Part shown: positions 9,768-18,768 of the stretch, piece after piece
Layout: each line of letters opens with the position of its first letter
How positions within the stretch are numbered: the first letter of the stretch is position 1
DNA from: Planctomycetota bacterium
Lineage (GTDB): Bacteria; Planctomycetota; SZUA-567; JAFGNG01
Direction of reading: 5' to 3'
DNA: 33,919 bases
Assembly: GCA_016927125.1 (NCBI GenBank)
Contig: JAFGNG010000085.1
Coordinates: 1-33,919, forward strand
Notes under the pieces: generated by a model
The model's database searches: none
What the model was told of the DNA's origin: nothing
Seen by the model: only the letters and a program-made list of their open reading frames with translations
Position numbers and translations under genes: made by a program

Positions 9768-11024
9768 ATGCGGATACTTTTTTTAACTGAAAATTTCCCT
9801 CCCGAAATGAACGCCGCGGCTACTCGCGTCTATGAACGCGCGGCCTATTGGGTGAAGTGGGGCCATAAGGTTACGGTGGTCACCTGCGCGCCAAATTTCC
9901 CGCTAGGCAAAGTTTTTGACGGTTATAAGAACAAGTGGAAGACAATTGAAGTGATGGATGGTATCCGCGTAGTCCGGGTTAAGACCTACATGGCGCCCAA
10001 TTCCGGTACCTTCCCGCGGATGATGGATTTCCTTTCCTTTATGATCACCGGAACCATTGCCGGGCTCTTTCAGGAGAAACCGGATGTGGTTGCAGCGACC
10101 TCCCCGCAATTCTTTTCCGCCATTGCTGGCTGGCTGGTCGGGGGGCTGCGGCGGGTGCCTTTTGTCTTTGAACTGGGAGATCTCTGGCCCGCTTCCATCA
10201 CCGCGGTCGGGGCGATGGAGGATAATTTCTTCCTCCGCCTGATGGAGAAGCTGGAATTATTCCTCTACCGCCGCTCCGCCTGCGTGGCGGCATTGACCCA
10301 ATCCTTTAAGGATGATCTCATCAGCCGCAACATCCCGGCGGATAAAATCGCGGTAGTGATTAACGGCGTGGATTTGCCGAGGTATTCACCTCGGAAACCG
10401 GATCCCGCGCTGGCGAAGGAATGGGAAGTAGAGGGCTGTTTTATCGTGGGTTATATCGGAACCCACGGTATGGCCCACGCGCTGGAAAAAGTGCTCGACG
10501 CCGCCGCAATTTTGCGCAACGATCCGAAGATTCGTTTCCTCTTTGTCGGCCCGGGTGCAGTGCGGGAGGCTTTAATCGCGGAAGCCAAGGGGCGCAAGTT
10601 GGATAATGTAATCTTCGCACCTCCGCAACCCAAGGAAAGGATGCCTGACTTCTGGGGTTTGTGCAATGTGGCGCTGGTTCACCTGAAGGATACCCCGGTA
10701 TTCGAATCCGTAATCCCTTCGAAGATCTTTGAGGCCATGGGAATGGGATTACCGGTCCTGCTATCGGCTCCTGCCGGAGAGGCTAGCCGGATAGTGGTAC
10801 AAGAGGGTATAGGGATTCATCTCCCGCCCGAGAGCCCGATGGAGCTTGCCCAGGCAATCACCCGATTGAAGAATAACCAGACGGAATACCTGAAATTTGC
10901 CCAAGCCAGCTACGCGGCCGCGCCCCACCATAGCCGGGAACGGCAGGCGCGCGAAATGCTGGCAGTCTTACAGGCGGCTGTGGACGGACGCGGCAGCGAA
11001 GCAGCCAAGGCGGTGGTGACATGA
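9768..11024 (+). CDS. wbuB: Glycosyltransferase family 4, WbuB-like
   Basis: N-terminus MRILFLTENFPPEMNAAATRVYERAAYWVKWGHKVTVVTCAPNFPLGKVFDGYKNKW closely matches the characteristic WbuB-type N-terminus. C-terminal GT1 motif SKIFEAMGMGLPVL. Confidence 0.8.
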   Translation: MRILFLTENFPPEMNAAATRVYERAAYWVKWGHKVTVVTCAPNFPLGKVFDGYKNKWKTIEVMDGIRVVRVKTYMAPNSGTFPRMMDFLSFMITGTIAGLFQEKPDVVAATSPQFFSAIAGWLVGGLRRVPFVFELGDLWPASITAVGAMEDNFFLRLMEKLELFLYRRSACVAALTQSFKDDLISRNIPADKIAVVINGVDLPRYSPRKPDPALAKEWEVEGCFIVGYIGTHGMAHALEKVLDAAAILRNDPKIRFLFVGPGAVREALIAEAKGRKLDNVIFAPPQPKERMPDFWGLCNVALVHLKDTPVFESVIPSKIFEAMGMGLPVLLSAPAGEASRIVVQEGIGIHLPPESPMELAQAITRLKNNQTEYLKFAQASYAAAPHHSRERQAREMLAVLQAAVDGRGSEAAKAVVT

Positions 11025-11998
11025 AACAGATCATGGTAACCGGCGCGGATGGCTTTGTCGGCACCGCCCTGTGCAGAAAACTTGTCGCGGATGGCTATGC
11101 AGTCCGGGGCGCGGTCTGGGAACTTGCCTTAGTTACAGATCACAATAAGATTTCCGGCGTGGATTATATTGAAGTTGGCGGAATTGACGGAGAGACGGAT
11201 TGGCGGGATGCAGTTGAAGGGATTGAAACTGTGATTCACCTTGCCGCCCGCGTACATGTAATGCATGAAACCACCGGCGACCCTCTGGCAGAATTCCGAA
11301 AAGTAAATTGTGATGGCAGCGCTAACCTGGCGGCACAATGCGCGGCGATGGATGTCATCCGGCTGGTCTATGTCAGCACGGTAAAGGTGAGCGGCGAGAA
11401 AACAACCGACGAGCCCTTGCATGAAGAAGTAATGGCAAAACCCCAAGAGCCCTATGCCATTTCAAAATGGGAAGCAGAGGAGATTCTTTGTAAAATTTCG
11501 CAGGAAACCGGGCTGGAACTGGTGATTGTCCGCCCGCCACTGATCTATGGCCCGGGCGTAAAAGCGAATTTTCTCAGGATGATCCGGTGGATTGATAAAG
11601 GCTTGCCCCTGCCGCTGGGCGGAATCCATAATAAGCGCAGCCTGATAGGATTGAGCAATTTTGCAGACTTCCTTGCCTTGTGCGCAATGAAACCGGAAGC
11701 AAAAGGAGAAGTCTTTTTTGTCAGCGATGATGATGATGTTTCGACCTCGGAATTATTGCGCCGCGTAGCTGTTGCCCTTGGCAAGCCGTGCAAGATCTTC
11801 TGGTTTCCAAGTATGTTACTCCGCGCTGCTGCCTTGCTGTTGGGGCAGAAAGCGGCGGCGGACCGCCTGCTGGGGTCACTTGAACTGGATATCTCCAAGG
11901 CGAAGACAAAACTCGGATGGCAACCGCCATCCAGCATGGCTGAAGAATTACAGGCCACTGCCGACTGGTATCTTGCTTCCAAAGGAACCGCAACATGA
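11021..11998 (+). CDS. NAD-dependent epimerase/dehydratase (extended SDR), WbpK-like position
   Basis: Rossmann motif VTGADGFVG. Catalytic YxxxK (YAISK). ATGA overlap with the upstream gene at 11021-11024. Confidence 0.85.
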   Translation: MKQIMVTGADGFVGTALCRKLVADGYAVRGAVWELALVTDHNKISGVDYIEVGGIDGETDWRDAVEGIETVIHLAARVHVMHETTGDPLAEFRKVNCDGSANLAAQCAAMDVIRLVYVSTVKVSGEKTTDEPLHEEVMAKPQEPYAISKWEAEEILCKISQETGLELVIVRPPLIYGPGVKANFLRMIRWIDKGLPLPLGGIHNKRSLIGLSNFADFLALCAMKPEAKGEVFFVSDDDDVSTSELLRRVAVALGKPCKIFWFPSMLLRAAALLLGQKAAADRLLGSLELDISKAKTKLGWQPPSSMAEELQATADWYLASKGTAT

Positions 11999-13053
11999 TT
12001 CAGCTTCACTTAGGCATTATCCTATTTTTAGTGATTATTGCCTCCACAATTTTGACCGGATTGCTCCGGCGATATGCTTTAAAAAAGAAACTGATTGATC
12101 ATCCCAATGCGCGCAGCTCCCATGAAGTTCCAACCCCGCGCGGGGGAGGGGCGGCGATAGTAATCACCTGCTTGGCAGGACTCTTTCTTTTACCATATTT
12201 ATACCAGCCCACCGATGAGGTGCTTTATGCCTTATTGGTCGGAGGCCTGCTGGTCGGGGGGATTGGCTTTTGGGACGACCATGGGCATATCCGGGCGAGA
12301 TGGCGGGTGCTGGTGCAGGCGATTGCGGCAGCAGGGTCATTCGCAATAGTTTTTGGCGTGCCTGAATTACAGAATGGGCCTTCTGCCCTGTTCTGGGGCT
12401 GCTTGATATTTATCGCCGCGATCCTTGTGATTGTTTACTTGATCAATATCTATAATTTCATGGATGGGATCGATGGGATTGCTGCGGCAGAAGCGATTAC
12501 CGTGGGGGTTGCCACCGGGATCTTGTTTTATTTTTATAACAATGAATTTGGAGTAATTACAGCCATCGGTTTAGTGGCTTCAGCAGCATCATTGGGTTTC
12601 TTGGTATGGAACTGGCCTCCGGCGAAGATCTTCATGGGAGACTGTGGCAGTGGTTTTCTTGGTTACATCTTTGGTTTCATGATTGCGATCTGTGGGATGT
12701 ATCTATTGTACACAAAATCTGAAAGCGAACTTATCATGTACCTGACCTTGCCATTCCTGCTGGGAGTGTTTATTGTGGATTCGACCGTAACCCTACTGCG
12801 TCGGATCCTGCGATGGGAGAAATTCTGGCTGCCGCACCGGATGCATGCCTACCAGCATTCTTCGAGAAGATGGGGGCACAAGAAGGTGACCGTGGCGGTA
12901 GCATCAATAAATCTTTTCTTCCTCGCGCCCTGCGCCTGGGCGGCATACCACTGGGCGCCTGCCGGGATTTTTATAATGCCCGCTGCATGGATGATCCTGG
13001 CAATTGCCGCCTTGGCCTTGTCCGCGGGCAAGCCGGAAGCAGCGAAAGGGTAA
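11995..13053 (+). CDS. MraY/WecA-family polyprenyl-phosphate N-acetylhexosamine-1-phosphate transferase (initiating transferase, WbpL-like)
   Basis: About 10 TM helices. Motifs IGFWDDHGH and YNFMDGIDGIAA (nt ~12454-12483) are typical of the Glycos_transf_4 family. ATGA overlap at 11995-11998. Confidence 0.85.
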   Translation: MIQLHLGIILFLVIIASTILTGLLRRYALKKKLIDHPNARSSHEVPTPRGGGAAIVITCLAGLFLLPYLYQPTDEVLYALLVGGLLVGGIGFWDDHGHIRARWRVLVQAIAAAGSFAIVFGVPELQNGPSALFWGCLIFIAAILVIVYLINIYNFMDGIDGIAAAEAITVGVATGILFYFYNNEFGVITAIGLVASAASLGFLVWNWPPAKIFMGDCGSGFLGYIFGFMIAICGMYLLYTKSESELIMYLTLPFLLGVFIVDSTVTLLRRILRWEKFWLPHRMHAYQHSSRRWGHKKVTVAVASINLFFLAPCAWAAYHWAPAGIFIMPAAWMILAIAALALSAGKPEAAKG

Positions 13054-13160
13054 GAGTTAATAAAAATCTTGCGCAATACCAGCCTATACTTATACTCTGT
13101 TGAAATCGCGACAGACACTATAATAAGTAACCTTTGATCCATCATTGAGGCCCAAGAGCA

Positions 13161-15071
13161 ATGAAATCAACCTGGCATAAAAGCCTGAACTTCCGGCGTC
13201 CGGCCCTATTTGTGTCGGATATGGTGATAATCCTCTGCGCCTATTACCTGGCATACTGGCTGCGTCTGGATTTGATCCGCGGCGACCAAGCGGCCTATGA
13301 CGCTTACCTGGATACCTTCTGGTACACGATTCCATGGCTTTTGGTGATCAGGTTCTTATGTAGTATCCTGATGCGCCAATATACTTGGGCTTTCCGCCTC
13401 GCCAGCCTGCCGGAGGCTGCAAATCTCGTCAAAGCCGCAATTATCGGCAGTGTGCTCTTCTTCCTGCGCTGGCATCTCTCCGCTGACCTGCTGCAGAAAC
13501 CACCGCTCTCGGTTTATGTAATTGAATTCGCTCTCAGCCTGATGGGGATGGCCTTTGTCCGATTCTTCCCGAGATATTTTTATCAGCAGTATTTTCACAG
13601 CGGACGCGGCTTCATGGCTGATGGAGAAAGCCGCCTGCGCACGCTAATCTTCGGAGCCGGCAGCACCGGCGATTTAATCCTGCGAGATTTGCAGCGTACA
13701 AAGATTTACCCTTACCGGGTAATCGGTCTCATCGATGATAATCCTGCCAAGCGTAATATCTCAATCCACGGCTGCCGGGTGCTGGGATCATCCGATGATC
13801 TGCCGAGGCTGATTCGTAAACATAAAATTGAAAAGATCCTCATTGCCGCACCCGAGATGACCGGCTCACGCTTGCGGCGGATCCTGGACATCTGTTCCAA
13901 CCACCATGTCCAATATAAGATTGTTCCCAACTACGCGGAACTGGTCAGTAAGGGCGATACCGCGCCCATTACCCTGAAGGATCTTCAACCGGAGGATCTC
14001 CTCGACCGCCTGCCGGTGGAATTCGATCATACCCGGATGGCTGCACTATTTCATGACCGTACTCTCCTCGTAACCGGCGCGGCCGGCTCCATCGGCTCGG
14101 AGATCTGCCGGCAGGTTGTCGGGCAGGGAATCAAAAAGCTGGTGGCTGTAGATATTAATGAAAACAACCTCTACTTCCTCAAATTGGAAATTAATGAGCT
14201 TGCCCCCGGCCTTGATCTCAGCATAGAGGTAGCGAGTGTGCGGGATCGCCAGAAAATACAGGAGCTATTCGCCCGGCACCAACCGCATATTGTCTACCAT
14301 GCCGCCGCCCATAAGCATGTTCCGTTGATTGAAAATTGCCCGGAAGAGGCTCTCAAAAATAATGTTCTGGGAACCTTGTATGTCGCGGAAGCAGCGGATC
14401 AGAATGATGTGGAAAGGTTTGTGCTAATCTCCACTGACAAGGCAGTAGGCCCGAGTAGTGTGATGGGGGCAAGCAAACGCTTGGCCGAGGATGTAGTCCG
14501 GGATATGGATCTGCGCAGCAAGACCCGCTTTATGGTGGTCCGCTTCGGCAATGTGCTGGGCTCCAGCGGCAGCCTGGTGCCAATCCTTCAGCGGCAGATC
14601 TCCAAGGGCGGGCCAGTAACCATTACCCATCCGAAGATAACCCGCTTCTTCATGACTATCCAGGAAGCGGTTGGCCTGGTGATTGTCGCTTCCGCCCAGG
14701 ACGAGGGCAACCTCTGCGTACTTGATATGGGGGAACAACTCAATGTCGACCGCCTGGCGCGGCAGATGATCACCCTCTCCGGTTTTATCCCGGATCAAGA
14801 CATCCCAATTATTTACACCGGCTTAAGGCCGGGCGAGAAGATGTTTGAGGAGCTCTTCACCAAGAACGAACAGCGTCGCTCCTCCAGCCATGCCAGGATC
14901 TTCCTGGCTGACGGCGACGCTCCCCGGACAACAATTCCGGAAATGCTTAAGGCACTGGAGGTTACGATAGAGAGCGGGAGAAGAGCGGCGGTTTTCGATT
15001 TCCTCCATCAGCATGTCAAAGATTACCAACCGGTAGAGAACTCCCCTGAGAAGCCTAAATCTGATGATTAA
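13161..15071 (+). CDS. Membrane-anchored nucleotide-sugar 4,6-dehydratase/epimerase (CapD/WbpM/PglF family)
   Basis: Four N-terminal TM helices are followed by two Rossmann-type regions. Motifs LLVTGAAGSIGSEI and ISTDKAVGPSSVMGASKRLAE. 636 aa, as for WbpM/PglF-type proteins. Confidence 0.9.
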   Translation: MKSTWHKSLNFRRPALFVSDMVIILCAYYLAYWLRLDLIRGDQAAYDAYLDTFWYTIPWLLVIRFLCSILMRQYTWAFRLASLPEAANLVKAAIIGSVLFFLRWHLSADLLQKPPLSVYVIEFALSLMGMAFVRFFPRYFYQQYFHSGRGFMADGESRLRTLIFGAGSTGDLILRDLQRTKIYPYRVIGLIDDNPAKRNISIHGCRVLGSSDDLPRLIRKHKIEKILIAAPEMTGSRLRRILDICSNHHVQYKIVPNYAELVSKGDTAPITLKDLQPEDLLDRLPVEFDHTRMAALFHDRTLLVTGAAGSIGSEICRQVVGQGIKKLVAVDINENNLYFLKLEINELAPGLDLSIEVASVRDRQKIQELFARHQPHIVYHAAAHKHVPLIENCPEEALKNNVLGTLYVAEAADQNDVERFVLISTDKAVGPSSVMGASKRLAEDVVRDMDLRSKTRFMVVRFGNVLGSSGSLVPILQRQISKGGPVTITHPKITRFFMTIQEAVGLVIVASAQDEGNLCVLDMGEQLNVDRLARQMITLSGFIPDQDIPIIYTGLRPGEKMFEELFTKNEQRRSSSHARIFLADGDAPRTTIPEMLKALEVTIESGRRAAVFDFLHQHVKDYQPVENSPEKPKSDD

Positions 15072-15137
15072 AGCAACTGACAGCCATGTTTAAAAGCTTC
15101 TCTTTTAGTCCAAGTTGTAGTATTTCTCACAATTTCC

Positions 15138-15165
15138 TTGACAATTTTAAAATTAGGTGTAAAGT
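15138..15165 (+). promoter_or_regulatory. Candidate sigma70-type promoter: TTGACA, 16-nt spacer, TAAAGT
   Basis: TTGACA at 15138-15143 and TAAAGT at 15160-15165, in the only large non-coding gap. Sequence match only. It would imply a ~390-nt leader before the ATG at 15566. Confidence 0.3.
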
Positions 15166-15233
15166 AAAAATCAATAATCAGGTGATGAAGCTCATCGCCC
15201 AGAAACCGGGTTAACCCGAAAAGGAGCAACCTG

Positions 15234-15446
15234 CTAAGTTCGGCATCTTATATTTATGGCATCATTCCAGTCATAGCCCTGATCATACCAGCCGACAATG
15301 CAGACATAAGCTTCACTTGGAGGCAACCCACCATTAAGGCCCATCGGCTTTGAGATCGGGTGCCAGGGATCTATTGCAACAAGTGATGCATATAATGCAA
15401 CGAGAGCAATAAAACCACACCGGCTGGTTAGGGCGAAAATTACCAT
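15234..15446 (-). CDS. Hypothetical small (70 aa) secreted or membrane protein; doubtful gene
   Basis: This is the only ORF in the 494-nt gap and the only minus-strand candidate. It has a hydrophobic N-terminus (MVIFALTSRCGFIALVALYASLVA) and two Cys in the mature part. There is no convincing Shine-Dalgarno and I recognise no family. Confidence 0.25.
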   Translation of the reverse strand: MVIFALTSRCGFIALVALYASLVAIDPWHPISKPMGLNGGLPPSEAYVCIVGWYDQGYDWNDAINIRCRT

Positions 15447-15565
15447 ACAATCTAAAAGTTTTCAGGATCCGAACCTTTATACGGTCGATAACTGGTTTAT
15501 GTGTTTTCAGTTAGGACACATCAAGAGTACAGGATTTTACCGAAAATTGACTTTGGAATAGTGCA

Positions 15566-16570
15566 ATGCTTGCAACCTTGTCCATAGCCAGGAACACACT
15601 GTCCGAGACCTTGCGCCAAAGCGTTTTCGGGGTAGTGCTGCTTGGCGCTGGCTTTTTGATAGCTTCCTCACCCGCCTTCTCCATGTTCACATTCATGGAC
15701 AGCACCAAGCTGGTTCAGGATATGGGGTTGGCTACGATCCTCATTGCCGGGCTGTTTCTCGCCGTCCTATGCTCTATTACCGTTATCAGTAAGGAAATCG
15801 AGGGCAGGACCGCGTTAACAGTCCTGGCCAAGCCCATATCGCGGGGTTCTTTCGTGCTGGGTAAATTCTTAGGCATTTCCGCAGCCATCATTCTGGCAAC
15901 CTGTATCTTAATAGTAGTCCTTCTGCTCACCTTCCGATTTGGCGTGAAGGATGCGGGTTATATTCATCTGAACTGGGATGCGATGATTGGCGTAATCCTC
16001 GCCACCCTCGTGGCGATCTTTATCGGCGTAGCTGATAACTACTTCTTTGGCCGCCCGTTTATGACCACCGCGATCTGGTCGTCGGCTGCGACTTTTACGC
16101 TCTGTTTACTTTTCTTCTGCCTGCGCTACGAAAACGGCGAATTTATAACTACCATCAAAGATTTTGGCTCCGACATCAACTGGCAGATTGCGATTGCGGG
16201 ATTATTGACTATGGAAGCGATATTGATTATGACCGCCATTACCGTGGCTATCAGTACCAGGGGAAATGCGGTTGCCGGGATTATTGCGTGCGCAACCTTC
16301 TTTTCCGGCGGCATGTTATCCGAGTATTTCTTCGGGCGCTTTACGGAAGTCTCGATCTGGGCAAAAGCAGCGTATACCCTCTTCCCGAACCTGCAGATCT
16401 ACTGGGTGACTGAAAGCCAGTTGAAATTCGCGAAATATTATACCGAGTTGATCAATCCGACCATCCCGTTCGATTATGTGGCCATGTCCACACTTTACGC
16501 ATTCTTATATATATGCGCCATCCTCTTATTCGCCCTGGTGCTCTTTGAACGGCGCGAAGTCAGGGAATGA
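15566..16570 (+). CDS. ABC-2-type transporter permease (NosY-like family)
   Basis: 334 aa with ~7-8 TM helices. The N-terminal motif SIARNTLSETLRQSVF also appears in the second permease at 24146 (ALARNTIIQALRMRAA). No ATPase gene is adjacent. Confidence 0.7.
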   Translation: MLATLSIARNTLSETLRQSVFGVVLLGAGFLIASSPAFSMFTFMDSTKLVQDMGLATILIAGLFLAVLCSITVISKEIEGRTALTVLAKPISRGSFVLGKFLGISAAIILATCILIVVLLLTFRFGVKDAGYIHLNWDAMIGVILATLVAIFIGVADNYFFGRPFMTTAIWSSAATFTLCLLFFCLRYENGEFITTIKDFGSDINWQIAIAGLLTMEAILIMTAITVAISTRGNAVAGIIACATFFSGGMLSEYFFGRFTEVSIWAKAAYTLFPNLQIYWVTESQLKFAKYYTELINPTIPFDYVAMSTLYAFLYICAILLFALVLFERREVRE

Positions 16571-16633
16571 TACCTTAATTATATAACAACTTCGCCGCAA
16601 TTGGCAGATGATACATTGAGAAAGGATTTAGCA

Positions 16634-18715
16634 ATGACAGGATCTTTGGGAAAACGCGCGGAGCGTGTGGCGCTGGGCGGATTTTGCCTGACGCTGATCG
16701 GCATGTTTATAATGTGGTATGTTGCATATTACTGCAATTCCATATCCGCACGCGCGGAACTGTTTCACCTCTTGGCTGCCACCCTGGTCTGGGGAATTTC
16801 CACGTTGCACCTCCGGGCGCAGCGCCAGGCGGAAGATGAAAAAGCGGCTCTGGATGAAGCGGAACGCCTGCGCATAGAACAGGGCAAACCCCGCCTCTTT
16901 GACCGGGAAGAAGGAGAAACCGGTATCGCCCAGGTCAGGCTCAAGGACATGGAGCGGTGGGGCGGGCCGATCGCCACAATTATAATTATAGTTCTGCAAT
17001 TATTCGCCGGGGGTTATTTATTATACGCCCTGGCAAACCTGGATAATGCCCCTGGCATTGCTGCCCTGATTGGTATCACCCCCTTTGCGGAACTCAGCAA
17101 TACTACCTTTGCCGGGGCGGCTGCATTTGCCCTCGCGTTCTTCTGTTTTGCGCTCGGGAAATACGCTGCCGGGATGTCCCGTGACAAGCAGGTCGGGATT
17201 CTCCGGGCGGGCGCCGGTTATACCATTAGCTGCGCGCTGATTTGCTTTATCCAGATGATCGCATACGCGATGGCCTATACCGGCTGGCTAACCGGGGAGA
17301 AAATTCTTTCCTGGTTGATCCCGATCATCCTTTTAGCCATGGGGCTGGAAATGGCCATAAACCTGGTCCTTGATTTTTACCGTCCCCGCATCCGCGGCAA
17401 GGAACCCCGCCCCATCTATGACAGCCGCCTTACCGGGCTGTTGGCTGAACCGCAGGGGCTGTTCAAAACCTTTGCCCATACGATGGATTACCAGCTCGGC
17501 TTCAAGGTTTCAGAAACCTGGTTCTTCCAGTTTTTGAACCATGCCATCGCACCACTGATTCTATTTCAACTCCTGTCATTATATCTACTTACCTGCATCT
17601 TGGTTGTCCAGCCGGGGGAGGTGGCGGTGATCGAACTGTGGGGCAGACCCCGGGGGATAGAAACCCTCCCACCCGCACCGCTGTTGAGTGATAGCGCTGC
17701 AGAGAGGGCTGCCAAGGAAGCAGCCTGGGATAATCTCCAGCCTCCGCTCGAACCAGGATTGCATCTGAAGTGGCCCTGGCCAATCGAAATCACGCGCCGG
17801 GTTCCTTGTGAATTGGTACAGGAAATATTTGTCGGCGCTCCCCAGGCTGAGGGACAGGATGAGCCTCTGAAACATGAATCCGCAACTCCCGATGTAGTCT
17901 CGTGGGATCGGGTACATACCAAGGACGAGTTCGCTTACATCATGCCGCTGACCCGTGAGATAAAGACTGAAGTAGAGAATAATGGCGCGGCTGAAACCCC
18001 GGATGTAATGTTTGTATCCGGCGCAATCGCGGTACATTATTCCGCGGGCGGTTCAGCCGCTGATAGCCAGAATCCTAAACGCAGGATCGGCGACATCTAC
18101 CGTTATTTATATCGCTTCGATGATGCCAAGGCCGCAATGATTTCCCTGAGTGAAAGGGAAGTCACCAATTACATGGCAGGCGCGAACTTCTGGAATGTGC
18201 TGGTCGACAAGGTCAAGGAAACCGAAAAAGACCTGACCAGGAGGATCCAACAGGCTGCCGACAGAGCGGGGATCGGGGTGCGGGTGGTCTTTGTCTCGCT
18301 TTCCAATGTCCATCCCCCAGTTGGCGAGGTTGGCAAGGCCTTCCAGGAAGTAGTCTCCGCCCGTGAGAAGATGTTTACTATTATCCACCAGGCAAATGCC
18401 CAGGCAGCGCAGATTCGGGCAAGCTGGCCGGGCAAGGCCCAGACCATGATTAATGAAGCGATCGGCTACCGGGATGAACGGGTCTTGCTCTCGGAAGCGG
18501 AATCCAAGCGCTTTTTAAACCAACTGACGGCTTTTAACGCTGCCCCGAATGTCTATCTCCACCGCGAACGCATGCGCGCTATCGAGGAAGGCATGGAATC
18601 CGCCTTGCGCCTGACGGTAGTGCCGCCGGATACAGTCGCCTTCTTCGATGCCAAGGCTCAGGATACCGCCGGGGTAGTTGGCGAGGCGTTGGGTAAAGAA
18701 TTTAAAAATCCTTAA
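16634..18715 (+). CDS. Polytopic (~7 TM) membrane protein with a C-terminal SPFH/Band-7 domain, HflK-like
   Basis: I prefer the ATG at 16634 (AAAGGA at 16621-16626, 7 nt upstream). The alternative is the TTG at 16601. The SPFH domain starts VVQPGEVAVIELWGRP (nt ~17603), then GLHLKWPWPIE. The HflK-like C-terminus is VHPPVGEVGKAFQEVVSAREK...NEAIGYRDERVLLSEAESKRF. Confidence 0.85.
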   Translation: MTGSLGKRAERVALGGFCLTLIGMFIMWYVAYYCNSISARAELFHLLAATLVWGISTLHLRAQRQAEDEKAALDEAERLRIEQGKPRLFDREEGETGIAQVRLKDMERWGGPIATIIIIVLQLFAGGYLLYALANLDNAPGIAALIGITPFAELSNTTFAGAAAFALAFFCFALGKYAAGMSRDKQVGILRAGAGYTISCALICFIQMIAYAMAYTGWLTGEKILSWLIPIILLAMGLEMAINLVLDFYRPRIRGKEPRPIYDSRLTGLLAEPQGLFKTFAHTMDYQLGFKVSETWFFQFLNHAIAPLILFQLLSLYLLTCILVVQPGEVAVIELWGRPRGIETLPPAPLLSDSAAERAAKEAAWDNLQPPLEPGLHLKWPWPIEITRRVPCELVQEIFVGAPQAEGQDEPLKHESATPDVVSWDRVHTKDEFAYIMPLTREIKTEVENNGAAETPDVMFVSGAIAVHYSAGGSAADSQNPKRRIGDIYRYLYRFDDAKAAMISLSEREVTNYMAGANFWNVLVDKVKETEKDLTRRIQQAADRAGIGVRVVFVSLSNVHPPVGEVGKAFQEVVSAREKMFTIIHQANAQAAQIRASWPGKAQTMINEAIGYRDERVLLSEAESKRFLNQLTAFNAAPNVYLHRERMRAIEEGMESALRLTVVPPDTVAFFDAKAQDTAGVVGEALGKEFKNP

Positions 18716-18768
18716 AATAGGTTTATTTGAAAAATAACTTTTGAAAGTACCAAGTGAAAGGGAATAAC

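Noticed and set aside
13100-13124. TTGAAA (13100-13105) plus TATAAT (13119-13124) as a consensus promoter for the dehydratase gene.
   Set aside because: The spacer is only 13 nt, too short for a sigma70 -35/-10 pair. The TATAAT alone may still act as a -10 element, so it is mentioned only as a possibility.
15185-15214. A 9-codon upstream mini-ORF (MKLIAQKPG) as a leader peptide or attenuator.
   Set aside because: There is no run of regulatory codons, no adjacent terminator/antiterminator pair that I could fold, and it lies ~350 nt from the downstream start. It is mentioned only as part of the intergenic finding.
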